Shown: positions 1-13,200 of the stretch, in pieces
How positions within the stretch are numbered: the stretch's first letter is position 1
Layout of the letters: each line of letters starts with the position of its first letter
Assembly (NCBI GenBank): GCA_038212275.1
Contig: JBBQUR010000005.1
Span: forward strand, 32,001 to 96,000
Source: Planctomycetota bacterium
GTDB lineage: Bacteria; Planctomycetota; B15-G4
Reading direction: 5' to 3'
Length of the DNA: 64,000 bases
Position numbers and translations under genes: made by a program
Notes under the pieces: model-generated
Database searches by the model: none
Seen by the model: the letters and a program-made list of their open reading frames with translations, nothing else
What the model was told of the DNA's origin: nothing

Positions 1-963
1 GCGCCTGCGGGTCGCGCCTACGTGCTTTCCGGAAAGGATGGCGCCCTGCTGCTCGCGCTGGAGGGCGAGGCGGCCGGCGATACCTTCGGCGACCAGGTGC
101 GCGGACTTGGCGATGTGGACGGCGACGGGCACGCGGATGTCGCGGTGAGTGCGCCGCTGCACGACCGCGAGGACGGTGGGCTGGTCGACGCCGGCCGCGT
201 GACCGTGTTCTCCGGCAAGACGGGCGCGCTGCTGTTCGCGCTGGACGGCGAGCGCGCCGGCGACCACTTCGGTTCGGGGCTCGGCGGCGGCACGTGGTCC
301 GTCGCGTCCGGCGGGCGCGCGGGGCTGCTGCTCGTCGGTGCGATGGATGCCGGCGACGCGCAGCGCGGGAGAGTGTCGGTCTATCGGCTGGACGGCGCGG
401 CAGCCGAGGCTTTCTTCGACATCGAGGCCGAGTCATCGGGCAACAGCCTCGGCCAGTTCTTCACGTCGCTCATCGGCGATCTCGATGGGGACGGCGTGCC
501 CGACGTCTACGCCTCGGACTTTGCGGACACCACGCTGTCGGGTTCCACGCGAGGCGCCGGCGGACGCGTCTACCTGCACTCCGGCAAGGACGGCGCGCTC
601 ATCGCGCAACTCGCCGGGCGCACGGCGGGCGAAGGTTTCGGCATCGGCAATGCGCAGGCCGGCGACGTGAACGGCGACGGCTGCCCCGACCTCGTCATCG
701 GCGCGTGGACCAACAGCGAGGTCGCGCCGCGCGCCGGCAAGGCCTACGTCATCTCCGGCAAGGACCGCGCGACGCTGGCCACGTTCACCTGCGCCCTCCC
801 CGGTGACGAATTCGGCTACGACGCCACCGGCCTCGGTGACGTGGACGGCGACGGCGCCATCGACTTCCTCGTCACGGCGGCGAGCAGCAACGACGGCGGC
901 CCGAGGGCCGGCCGCGTCTACGTGATCTCGGGGGCTGGCGTCGCCGGGGCGACTCTGCGCTGA
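1..963 (+). CDS. FG-GAP / integrin-alpha-like beta-propeller repeat protein (5' truncated by window edge)
   Basis: Frame is open from position 1. Repeated GDVDGDGxxDxxVxA...GRVxVxSGxxG units and FG motifs. Confidence 0.9.
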   Translation, partial: APAGRAYVLSGKDGALLLALEGEAAGDTFGDQVRGLGDVDGDGHADVAVSAPLHDREDGGLVDAGRVTVFSGKTGALLFALDGERAGDHFGSGLGGGTWSVASGGRAGLLLVGAMDAGDAQRGRVSVYRLDGAAAEAFFDIEAESSGNSLGQFFTSLIGDLDGDGVPDVYASDFADTTLSGSTRGAGGRVYLHSGKDGALIAQLAGRTAGEGFGIGNAQAGDVNGDGCPDLVIGAWTNSEVAPRAGKAYVISGKDRATLATFTCALPGDEFGYDATGLGDVDGDGAIDFLVTAASSNDGGPRAGRVYVISGAGVAGATLR

Positions 964-966
964 GGC

Positions 967-3696
<2,730 letters not shown>

Positions 3697-3759
3697 GGGT
3701 GCCCGCCTGATGGAGTCGCGGTGCGCGACGTCCGAACGCTCAGGATAAGGCAGCGAGCA

Positions 3760-5907
3760 TCAAGGTTCATGCGTCCGACGCAGCAACTGCAGCGTGTGAG
3801 CAGGAATTCGCACGGTGGAGAGCGCGGCTCCGGCGGCAACAGGGGCCGATGCACCGGGCGCTGCATCGAGCGGACAGGCCGAGGCGTCGAGGAGCAGCTC
3901 CCAGTGGCCGGAGTCCGGAACTGACGGCGGCGGCAACTCCAGATCGTCGGCGCCGCCGTTGAGCAGCAGCAGCAGCGTGTCGCCGACGAGCGGCCGGCCG
4001 CTCTCGTCGCGATCGTCGATGCCGGCGCCCGGCAGCAGCATGCCGAGGAAGCGGTTGAAGGGATCGCGCCAGCGCTCGATGCTCATCGGCTGGCCGTCGG
4101 GGCCGAGCCACACGACGTCGTGCCGGGCGGAGGGCGCGTCCACCAGGCCGCGAAGGAAGCTGCTCCGGCGCAGCACGGGTTGCTCCCGGTAAAGCCGGAG
4201 TGCACGTCGCATGAAGGCGAGCAGGTCCTTGCGGCGCGCGTCGAGCGTCCAATCCAGTTCGAGCAGCTGCGGCTGGCAGTAGGCGTTGTTGTTGCCGCCC
4301 TGGACGTGGCCCAGTTCGTCGCCGGCGAGCAGCATCGTGATGCCCTGCGAGAGGATGCCGGTGGCGGCCAGGCTGCGGCGGACGCGCTCGCGCGTGGCGA
4401 GCACGGTCGGGTCGTCGGTCGGCCCCTCGACGCCCCAGTGTCGACTCCAGTTGGCGTCGGAGCCGTCGCGGTTCGCCTCGCCATTGGCCTCGTTGTGCTT
4501 GCGTTCGTGGCTGACGAGGTCGGCCAGCGTGAAGCCGTCGTGGCTGGTGACGAAGTTCACGCTGGCCATGGGGCCGTCGAGAAAGAGGTCGCTGCTGCCT
4601 GCGAGGCGCGAGGCGAGCTCGGGCACCTGGCCCGGCTCGCCGCTCCAGAAGCGCCGCACGCAGTCGCGGAAGCGGTCGTTCCACTGGGCCATGCCGACGG
4701 GGAAACGGCCGGTGCGCCAGCCGTCGGGTCCCAGATCCCACGGCTCCGCGATGAGACGCACCTGCGCCAGCACCGGGTCCTGCTGCATCGCGTTCCACAG
4801 CGCCCCGCTGTGCTCGCCGCCGGGGCCTCGGTCGAGAGCGGGCGCGAGGTCGAAACGGAAGCCGTCCACGTGCATGGAGGTCACCCAATGGCGCAGGCAG
4901 TCCAGCACGAGCTGCAGCCCGGCGCGGTGGCTCAGGTCCGGCGTGTTGCCGCAGCCGGAGTAGTCCACGGCGTGGCGCAGATCGGAGGGCCGGAGGTGAT
5001 AGTAGGTGCGGTTGTCGAAGCCGCGCAGGCTAAGGGTCGGTCCCAGCGAACCGGTCTCGGCCGTGTGGTTGAAGACCACGTCGAGCAGCACCTCGATGCC
5101 GGCGGCGTGCAGCGCCTTGACCATCTGGCGGAACTCCGTCACCTGCTGGCCGCGATCACCGCTCGCGTAGCCGGCATGCGGTGCGAACCAGGCCAGAGGG
5201 TTGTAGCCCCAGGCATTCGTCAGCCCTCGCTCCGCGACTCCCTGCTCGGTGATGAAATGCTGCACCGGCAGCAGCTCCACACTGGTGACTCCCAGCGACA
5301 GCAAGTGCTCGATCACCGGAGGGCTGGCCAGCCCGAGGTAGGTGCCGCGCAGTGCGGAAGGCACGTCGGGATGCTGCGCGGTGAGCGCGCCGACATGGCA
5401 TTCGTAGATGACGGCATTGCGGGCATCGATGCGCGGCGAGCGGTCGTCGCCCCAGTCGAAGCTCTCGTCGACGACGAGCGCCTTGGGCATGTACGGTGCG
5501 CTGTCGGCAAGATTCATCTGCCTGTCGAGCGCGGAGAGATCGGTGCTGCCCTGCGGCATGGCGTGGTCGAACAGCGAGGCGTGCCAGGTGAAATGCCCGA
5601 CCACCGCCAGCGCGTACGGGTCGAGGAGCAGCTTGTGCTCGTTGCAGCGGTGGCCTTCCGCCGGCGCCCAGGGTCCGCGCACCCGGAAGCCGTAGAGCTG
5701 GCCGGGGCGCAGGTCGGGGAAGTCGCCGTGCCAGACGTAGCCGGTGCGCGCCGGCAGCGGGATGCGAGCCGTTTCGCCGGCGCCCAGCGCTGCGTCGAAG
5801 AGGCACAGGTCCACGCCGAAGGCGTGCTCGGCGAAGACGGCGACGTGCACGCCACTGCCGTCGTGGCGGACGCCTAGCGGATACGGTCGGCCGGGAAGGA
5901 CGCGCAT
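3760..5907 (-). CDS. glgX: glycogen debranching enzyme (isoamylase-type GH13)
   Basis: MRVLPGRPYPLG start, KLLLDPYA, WGYNP, VDGFRFDLA, IAEPWD, SHDGFTL, GNNNAYCQ. Start trimmed to ATG 5907. Confidence 0.95.
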   Translation of the reverse strand: MRVLPGRPYPLGVRHDGSGVHVAVFAEHAFGVDLCLFDAALGAGETARIPLPARTGYVWHGDFPDLRPGQLYGFRVRGPWAPAEGHRCNEHKLLLDPYALAVVGHFTWHASLFDHAMPQGSTDLSALDRQMNLADSAPYMPKALVVDESFDWGDDRSPRIDARNAVIYECHVGALTAQHPDVPSALRGTYLGLASPPVIEHLLSLGVTSVELLPVQHFITEQGVAERGLTNAWGYNPLAWFAPHAGYASGDRGQQVTEFRQMVKALHAAGIEVLLDVVFNHTAETGSLGPTLSLRGFDNRTYYHLRPSDLRHAVDYSGCGNTPDLSHRAGLQLVLDCLRHWVTSMHVDGFRFDLAPALDRGPGGEHSGALWNAMQQDPVLAQVRLIAEPWDLGPDGWRTGRFPVGMAQWNDRFRDCVRRFWSGEPGQVPELASRLAGSSDLFLDGPMASVNFVTSHDGFTLADLVSHERKHNEANGEANRDGSDANWSRHWGVEGPTDDPTVLATRERVRRSLAATGILSQGITMLLAGDELGHVQGGNNNAYCQPQLLELDWTLDARRKDLLAFMRRALRLYREQPVLRRSSFLRGLVDAPSARHDVVWLGPDGQPMSIERWRDPFNRFLGMLLPGAGIDDRDESGRPLVGDTLLLLLNGGADDLELPPPSVPDSGHWELLLDASACPLDAAPGASAPVAAGAALSTVRIPAHTLQLLRRTHEP

Positions 5908-5974
5908 GTCGGGCGGCAGCGTAGCGAGTCGGGCAGCCGAACGTGAGCGTCGTGGCAGCGGGTGCGCCGAGCTT

Positions 5975-6475
5975 TCAGTCCCCGGGAGGCGCGTCGTGCG
6001 CCTCCCACGTCGCAAGGTCGAAGGGCCGGCAGCGCGGGCCCGGCGGGAAGCCGCGATACTGCGCCTTGCATCGGTAGCAGATGAGCAGGCGTTTCACGAG
6101 CAGCCGCAGGACGAGCCAGTCGAGCAGCGCCATCGGCAGCAGGATCGCGAACATCCAGGGCAGCGGAACGCCGCCGAGCAGCAGGCCGCCGAACACCACC
6201 ACGACGGCCAGCACGCCCACGCGCGCATTGACGTCCTTCTGGATGCAGAGCGTGTGGTAGTCGCAGGCCGGGCAACCATCCAGCTGACCAGCGCCATCCA
6301 CGTGGCTGCTGAAGTCGAGCGAGGTTTCCACGCCGCACGCGCAGCGCACGGTCGGCGGGAGCGCAGCGGCCTGCCCGAGGCTCGTCTCGATCCAGCGTCC
6401 GCACGCGGCGCAGCGCACGGCGCAGGAGCGGCTGCCGTGGTCGCGCGCCGGGATGTCCGTGGCCGGCTCGCTCAC
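5975..6475 (-). CDS. Cys-rich (zinc-ribbon) membrane protein, hypothetical
   Basis: CAAC, CAC, CPAC and CYRC motifs flanking two hydrophobic helices. GTG start overlaps the upstream TGA (GTGA coupling at 6472-6475). Confidence 0.7.
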   Translation of the reverse strand: MSEPATDIPARDHGSRSCAVRCAACGRWIETSLGQAAALPPTVRCACGVETSLDFSSHVDGAGQLDGCPACDYHTLCIQKDVNARVGVLAVVVVFGGLLLGGVPLPWMFAILLPMALLDWLVLRLLVKRLLICYRCKAQYRGFPPGPRCRPFDLATWEAHDAPPGD

Positions 6476-7368
6476 AGCGGGACGCCGGTGCTGCCGGCGA
6501 CCATCTTGCCGAAGAGTTCGCCCAGCAGCACGAGCACCGTCATCGCGTAGAGGATGCCCGTCGCCGGCTGCGTGCGCTCCATGCGCACCGTGACCAGCGC
6601 CATGGCCGCCATGACGGTGGGCACGAGCAGACCTACGGGAATGCGCGCCCACACGTTGACCACGTCGAGGATCCGGTCGGGCGAGCGCTCGAGGATGTCT
6701 CCAAGGTCGTGATTGCCCGGACCGAGAAACTGCGACCAGAGCAGGAGCAGCGCGAGCGACGAGATCGCGGCCTTTCCGAGCAGCAACCACGGCAGCGGTT
6801 TCACGAGCCGCGCGAGGTGAGAGACCGGCAGGCCGTGCGAGACGAGGTACCAGTGCCCGAGGATCATGCCCCACAGCGTGAAGCCGAGCACCAGCGACGA
6901 GCCGAACGCCGCGGCGATCACGAGCGTGGCCAGCGCGGCGGGGGAGAGCGCCGACGTCGCGACTCCCGCCGCCGGGCCACCCCGGGCTGCGGCGCTCGCA
7001 AGCGGTGCCGTGCCTGCAGCCGGCAGCACGGACAGTGCCACCGCAAGCCCACCCGAGAGCAGCGCGCACCACAGCAGCGTGGTCTCGAGCGCCGGGCGAT
7101 CCCAGCCGCTCACCGACGCAAAGCACAGGGTGGCCAGAGTGACGGCCGAGACTGCCCAGCCGAGATGGATGTCCGAAGAGGTGGCGCCTGCCGCGAGCGC
7201 CGGCCCCCAGGCCAGCGAACCGGCGAGCCCGAACAGGCCCAGAAGCACCCAGCCGCCCAGCTTGAAGTACTTGGGACCGAGGGCGCGGCGGTCGTTGACG
7301 GCAAAGGTGACGAGAGAGCCGAAGCCGAGCTGCAGCAGGAACAGGAGCGACACGTGGGAAAGCGACAT
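6472..7368 (-). CDS. polytopic membrane protein of unknown function
   Basis: About 8 hydrophobic segments, MILGHWYL motif, TAGGAT 6 nt upstream of the ATG. Confidence 0.75.
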   Translation of the reverse strand: MSLSHVSLLFLLQLGFGSLVTFAVNDRRALGPKYFKLGGWVLLGLFGLAGSLAWGPALAAGATSSDIHLGWAVSAVTLATLCFASVSGWDRPALETTLLWCALLSGGLAVALSVLPAAGTAPLASAAARGGPAAGVATSALSPAALATLVIAAAFGSSLVLGFTLWGMILGHWYLVSHGLPVSHLARLVKPLPWLLLGKAAISSLALLLLWSQFLGPGNHDLGDILERSPDRILDVVNVWARIPVGLLVPTVMAAMALVTVRMERTQPATGILYAMTVLVLLGELFGKMVAGSTGVPL

Positions 7369-7623
7369 CCCGCGATCCTAGGAAATCGGGCGCCACGGAC
7401 GTGCAGGCCCGCCGGGTGGTCAGGAGGGTTGGCTGCGGTCCGACCGGGCGGTGCGACTCATGCTCCGGAGCGGTTCCGGTCGAAATGACCATGGAGCCTC
7501 ATGCGCCTACACTCACCTTGCTCATCGAAGGCCGCTGACGACATTGTCCGCGCACCCGAATCTCGCGCGTCGATGCGCCGCCCTTCCTCTCCCACTCGCT
7601 TGCCTTTCCCGGAGCATCCAGCC

Positions 7624-9093
7624 GTGAATCACACCACCAGAGTCCTCGGGCTGCTCGCCGCCGCCGCAGTCCTCACCGGTTCCGCCATCGCGCAGACCGT
7701 GACCTTCACTCCCGACATCGCCAACCTGCACCTCAATCCAGGTGAGCAGGCGGCCATCACGGCACAGGTGTGCCTGCCGGGCCAGGTGGCCAAGGCGGAC
7801 ATCTACCTGCTGGCCGACACGACCACGAGCATGGCGCCGGTCATCAATCAGATCAAGGCGAACGCGCAGCAGATCGTGGCCACGCTCCTGAACACTCCGA
7901 ACGTGGACATCAGCGTGGGCTGCGGTCAATACCGTGACTTCCCGTTCGACGTGAAGCCGTTCGAGCACCAGGTGAGTCCGGCGAAGAACGTGAACACCGT
8001 GGTCGCGGGCATCAACACGTGGGTGGCCGGCGGTGGCGGTGACGGCAGCGAGGGTCAGTTCTACGCGCTGTACCGACTTGCGACCGACCCGTCGATCAAC
8101 TTCCGCCCAGGCGCCAAGCGCATCATCGTCTGGTTCGGCGACTCGCCCGCGCACGATCCCGTGTGCGCCATCTTCAACGGCAACGGCGTCCCGACCTTCG
8201 AGATCACCGAGGCGCTGGTCACCTCGGCACTGCAGAATGCGGGCCCCAACAACGGCACGACGATCATCGCGATCGGTTCGCCCACCGGTTATCCGATGGC
8301 GCTCAATGACGACCCGACGATTTTTGCCGAGGACTACGCGTTCTTCTGCAACGTCGCGGGCACGTCGGGCCAGGCCAGCCGCCTCGCCGCCGCCACCAAC
8401 GGCCTGTACACCCAGATCACCGACCCCGACCAGATCGCCGCGTCGATCCTGGACGCCGTCGACAGCGTGCTGACCGCCGTGGACGTCAGCTGCTCGGCCG
8501 TCGGCGCCATCACGCCTTTCGTGAAGTCGATCACGCCGCCCTCCTATGAGGACGTCTTCCTCCCGAGCGACCCGAACAAGGAAGTCTGCGTGAATTTCGA
8601 CGTGCTGCTCGAGGGCCCGCCCTGCGGCAAGAACGTGCTGCTGCACGAAGGAGCCATCGAGGTCGCGTTGAATGGCTCGACGCTCGACTCGCTGCCGGTG
8701 TCGATCACGCAGACCGCCTGCTACTCGCCGATCGGCCTCGTGCTCATCGGAGTCCGCCGGATCGACGGCGAGCCGATCGCGGGCGGCAACCTCGATGACC
8801 TCATGCTGGTGGGGCCGGGCATCTCGCTCGAGGCGTCGCTCACCCGCATCCCGGCCTTCCGGATCCCGGACGATCAGGTCTTCGACGGCTTCGCGGTGTA
8901 CGCGCAGACGGCATTGCACGACCCGGTCAACTACCCCGGCGACTCGATCAAGACCAGCCCGGGCCTCAAGGTCGTGCTCGGCACGAACAACCTCGGAGCG
9001 CCGTACGGAGTCGGCAGCGGCCTCTCGATTTCGCTGGTGGAGCCGGCCCTCATCGGCGGCGTCTTCCGGCTGCAGAGCGCCGTTCTGCCGTGA
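7624..9093 (+). CDS. secreted von Willebrand factor A (VWA) domain protein
   Basis: Signal peptide (TRVLGLLAAAAVLTGSAIAQ), MIDAS-like DTTTSM, GGGGDGSE, FGDSPAHD. GTG start at 7624 inferred. Confidence 0.8.
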   Translation: MNHTTRVLGLLAAAAVLTGSAIAQTVTFTPDIANLHLNPGEQAAITAQVCLPGQVAKADIYLLADTTTSMAPVINQIKANAQQIVATLLNTPNVDISVGCGQYRDFPFDVKPFEHQVSPAKNVNTVVAGINTWVAGGGGDGSEGQFYALYRLATDPSINFRPGAKRIIVWFGDSPAHDPVCAIFNGNGVPTFEITEALVTSALQNAGPNNGTTIIAIGSPTGYPMALNDDPTIFAEDYAFFCNVAGTSGQASRLAAATNGLYTQITDPDQIAASILDAVDSVLTAVDVSCSAVGAITPFVKSITPPSYEDVFLPSDPNKEVCVNFDVLLEGPPCGKNVLLHEGAIEVALNGSTLDSLPVSITQTACYSPIGLVLIGVRRIDGEPIAGGNLDDLMLVGPGISLEASLTRIPAFRIPDDQVFDGFAVYAQTALHDPVNYPGDSIKTSPGLKVVLGTNNLGAPYGVGSGLSISLVEPALIGGVFRLQSAVLP

Positions 9094-9150
9094 CCGGGGG
9101 GCGGCGCAGCCTTCCTGCGCACCTCGAAGCTCGCGCCTGCGATCACGACT

Positions 9151-9187
9151 CGCGGAGACCGTCCGGAAGCCCCGGGCGGTCTCCGCG
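9151..9187. terminator. GC-rich hairpin between convergent genes (possible bidirectional terminator)
   Basis: cgcggagaccgtccgg pairs with ccgggcggtctccgcg (16 bp, one G-U). No clear U tract. Confidence 0.5.
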
Positions 9188-9205
9188 CACATCCGGGCCG
9201 CTCCG

Positions 9206-9379
9206 CTACTTGTCGAAGATGTTCCGGTCCTTGGGGATGTGCCGCTCCTCGATCTCCTCGATGCGGAGGTCGGGCACGCCGGGCGGGCGCTTGTCGTCCT
9301 TGCGGTGCGCCGGCGCCGAGACCGGCAGCGGATTGCTCTTGAAGGGGGAGCTCTTGTCCTGCTTGTCCGACTCGGCCAT
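9206..9379 (-). CDS. 57-aa small protein, candidate RiPP precursor peptide
   Basis: GGGAGA Shine-Dalgarno 7 nt before ATG 9379, GC3-biased codons, downstream hairpin. Sequence MAESDKQDKSSPFKSNPLPVSAPAHRKDDKRPPGVPDLRIEEIEERHIPKDRNIFDK. Confidence 0.65.
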   Translation of the reverse strand: MAESDKQDKSSPFKSNPLPVSAPAHRKDDKRPPGVPDLRIEEIEERHIPKDRNIFDK

Positions 9380-9638
9380 GACGGCGTCTCCCATGCGGCG
9401 GTGGTGCTCACGTCATACGCCCGGCTGAGTGAGGCCGCAAGGGCAGCCGACGCAGGCCTGGGCAGCAAAGCTCCGGTCCCGGCGACGGGCAGCGTCCGAT
9501 AGGCTCCGCGCCCCGAGCCAGCACACGTCGCCGGTGGCGGCCACCAGCTTCTTCGACGTGAACCCGGGCAAGCGGCGACGTGGCCCGTCGCCCTGCCGCC
9601 ACTGGATGCGCTTTTCCTTCGGGCCGCCGCGCGCCCGC

Positions 9639-10280
9639 TCAGCCGGTGATGCCGTTCTCGATGGCGAAGCGGATGATCTGCGCGGTGTTTCCCAGTTCGA
9701 GCTTGGTCATCAGGCGCGCACGATACGTGGACGCGGTGCTTTCGCTGATGTGCATCTGTCCGGCGCATTCCTGCAGGCTCATGCCGCGGCCCATGAAGCG
9801 CAGCAATTCGAATTCGCGCTGGCTGAGCTTGTCGAGTCCCACGTGCTTGCCCTTGGGCCCGCGCAGATGCTGCGCCACCTTCTCGGACAGCCGCGGCGAG
9901 ATGTAGGGCTTGCCCGCAGCCACCAGGTGGATGGCCTTGACCAGTTCCTCGGTGGCGTCGGACTTCACGACGAAGCCCAGTGCGCCTGCGTCCATCGACT
10001 TGAGCACGTAGTGGATGTTGTCGTGCACCGTGAGGATCACGATGCCCACCTCGGGGAATTCCTTGCGGAGTCGCTGCGCCACGGCGGGGCCGTCGAGATC
10101 CGGCAGGGTGTAGTCGAGCACGACCACCTGAGGCGCAGTCGCGGCGACGACGCGCAGCGCGTCGACGCCGTCTCCCGACTGGCCGGCGACCTTGATGCCC
10201 TGCGATTCTTCCAGCAGGTGCGCCAGCCCCTGCCTGACCATCTGGTGGTCATCCACCAGCACGACTCGAATCTCAGCCAT
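9639..10280 (-). CDS. NarL/LuxR-family response regulator
   Basis: VVLVDDH, VLDYTLP and VVKS receiver motifs; LSQREFE...ISESTASTYRARLMTKL HTH. Alternative start at 10307. Confidence 0.92.
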   Translation of the reverse strand: MAEIRVVLVDDHQMVRQGLAHLLEESQGIKVAGQSGDGVDALRVVAATAPQVVVLDYTLPDLDGPAVAQRLRKEFPEVGIVILTVHDNIHYVLKSMDAGALGFVVKSDATEELVKAIHLVAAGKPYISPRLSEKVAQHLRGPKGKHVGLDKLSQREFELLRFMGRGMSLQECAGQMHISESTASTYRARLMTKLELGNTAQIIRFAIENGITG

Positions 10281-13200
10281 GGCGGTCGTTTCCTGATTGA
10301 GCGGCATGTCTTCCCTCCGCGCCGAAGCGCTTGAGCGGTATTGAAACACGAATCGAAGTGCCGCCGTGCGGCGAGGACTGCAGGTCGAAGGTGCCGCCGG
10401 CGAGTTCGGCGCGTTCCCGCATGCTCAGGAGGCCGCAGCGACTCTGCAGGGCCAGCGCCTCCGGCACGAAGCCTCGCCCGTCATCGGTGACGGACAGGGC
10501 AATTTCCTGCTCCGAGGTGGTCAGGCTCACGTCGACGGTCTGGGCCTCCGCGTGCTTCGCCACGTTGGTCAGCGCCTCCTGGAGGATGCGGTAGATGTGT
10601 CCGGCCACTTCGCGTGGGGCCTCCGGCCCCGCGAACTGGAGGTTCGCCTGCACGTCCACGCCGTTGACGGCGGTGAACTCGGTGAGGGCCACGGACACCG
10701 CATTCTGAAGGCCGTGGTCGTCGAGCAGGAGCGGCCTCAGTTCGGAGGACATGCGGCGCACGCGGTCCAGCATCTCGCGCGCCACGCCGTGGGCATGCTC
10801 CAGCGTCTCGCCCCGGCGGCCGGCGTCGGGTTGGCGGGCGGCGCGCTGGATGTCGATGCACAGGGCCGTGCAGATCTGCCCGAGGTTGTCGTGCAGCTCG
10901 CGCGAGAGGCGCTGACGCTCGTCCTCCTGCGTGGACAGCAGGCGCCGCGTGAGCGCCGTGAGGCGTGCATTGAGTTCGGCCTGTTCGGCCTGCGCCAGCT
11001 GGCGCTCGTGCCGCCCCTTCATCCAGCTCATCAACGCCCAGCCGATGGCGAGCAGCAGCACGAGGCCCGCCCCGAACACGGCCCAGGCGGACGCCAGCAG
11101 CGGGGAGCGCTCGCTGACGGAGGGGATCCTGTGCCGCACCGGTTCCGGTTCGATCGCGCCGAGGCTGTCCATCGCCGTGATGGTCAGGCTGTGCGGCCCG
11201 GGCGAGAGCTTGCCGAGCGGGACACGCCGGCTGTTCCTCGTCGACCAGGACTCCGGGGCGGACGTGGCGATGACTTTGTCGTCGACCTCGACGCTGAAGC
11301 GCAGCTGGTCGGCGGGCGTGGCATCCCAGGCATCCACGCCATACCAGCTTGCGACGACTTCGCCGTCATCGCCGAACTCCAGCGACGGCGCCAGCGTGCG
11401 GGGCGGCAGCGTGTCTTCGGGGCAGAAGCGAGCAAGTCCGCCGCCGAGCATGCCGAGCCACAGGCCGTGCTCTCCGTCCGGCAGCAATGGCCAGATCGTG
11501 CGCGCCGGCAGCAGACTCGACACGTCATGGCATGTGTCGCCATCGAGCTGGAAGAGCCCGAGCGCGGAGGCGAACCACACGACGCCGCCTTCCGTCTCGC
11601 AGAAGCTGGCGGCGGGGGCGATGCGACCGCTCTCGGACGTGATCGGATGCCAGGTGCCATCGTGCAGTCGATAGGCGCCGGGCAATTCGAGACCGAGTCC
11701 GACGAGCAGCGAGCCGTCCGCCGTTTCGTGAAGTGCGAAGACGCCACGCTCGGGAGCGATGGGCGGGCCGTTCTTCACCCTTGTCCAGCCGTCGTCGTCC
11801 ATCTGCATCAGGCCGCCGAGCGTGCCGGCCAGCAGCCTGCCGTCGGAGAGTCGCAGCAGGTCGTAGCAGCGCGGCATCGGCTGGCCCTTCGAGTCGGTCA
11901 TGAATTGCGTGAAGGTGTCGCCGCGCAGCCGCACCATCCCGCCGGTCATCCAGTCGCCGCTCATGTCGCCGAGGAGCAGGAACCAGACGTCGTCGCCGTC
12001 GAGGCGGATGGCGTGCACGAAGTGATTGCCGACGCCGCCTTCCTCCTCGGCGTGCAGCGTCCAGTGGCCGTCGTCCAGGCACGCGGCGCCGCGGAAGCCG
12101 GCGCCGCTGCCGACCCAGAGCCTTCGACGGCTGTCCTCGCAGACGGCCGTGACGTGGTCCAGCCGCATGCCGAGCGCCGGCAGCTCGACGTGGACGTCCG
12201 CAAAGCGCGTCCCGTCCCAGCGCGCGACTCCCACGGACGTGCCGGCCCACACGCCGCCTGCGCTGGCGGGATGGAGCGCGTTCACGAAGGCCCCGGCTCC
12301 CACGTCCCGCGGATCATGCTGCTCCCAGCATGACGAGCGCAGGTCGCACACCGCGAGGTCACCGCTGGCGAAGACCACCGCCAGCCGGTCGTCGGGCGTG
12401 AGGCACATCGATCGCACGAAGCCCTGGTGATCGTCGGGCAGGCGGGCCTCGCTCCAGACGCCGTGGTCGAGGACTCGCAGCTGGGGGCCGCGCATCGCGA
12501 CGATGACTTGTTCGTCGGGCGTGGTCGTCACCGCGAGCACCAGGCCCGGAGGGTCGATGCCCTTGAGCAGCGACATCCGTTCACCGTCCCAGCGATAGCC
12601 GCCCGAGCTGGCCTCGAGCACCAGCGGCAGCAGGCAGACCTGCTTGTCGAGGGTCACAGCGCCCTTGAACCTCGGCAGGTTCCGGGGCAGCTCCGGTGCC
12701 GGAGCGACCTGCTCCCAGACATCGCCGGCGCGGCGACTCAGCGTCCGGTCCGTGTACGCCCAGGGCGCGCCGTCCGGACCGAGGAACACGCCGCCGAGAT
12801 GCTGCGGGCGCGCCGGAGCCGGAAAGGCCTCGTGCATGCCCGATTCGTCGATGCGGACGATCCGGTCACCGATGCCGACGAGCAGCGAACCATCCGGCAT
12901 GTGGCACGGCTTCGTGATCTGATACGGATTCTCCGCCTCCACGAGCGTCGTCACCGTGCCGGCGCCGCTGATCGACAGGATCGCGCTGTCGAAGATCGCG
13001 ATCAGGCCGTCGGGCTGCGGAACGACGTCGTGCATGGCCTGGCACCGGCAGTCCCCCCCAGCCGGGCTCGCGCTTCCAGGTGTATCCGTCGTACGCGAGC
13101 AGCCCGCGGTCGTCCATGGCGATGAGGCCCCGCGCTTCCACGGACGCACCTCTGAAAAACGCGCCGTGCCGCCCGGGCCTTCGATGGTGCGCCAGCGCCA

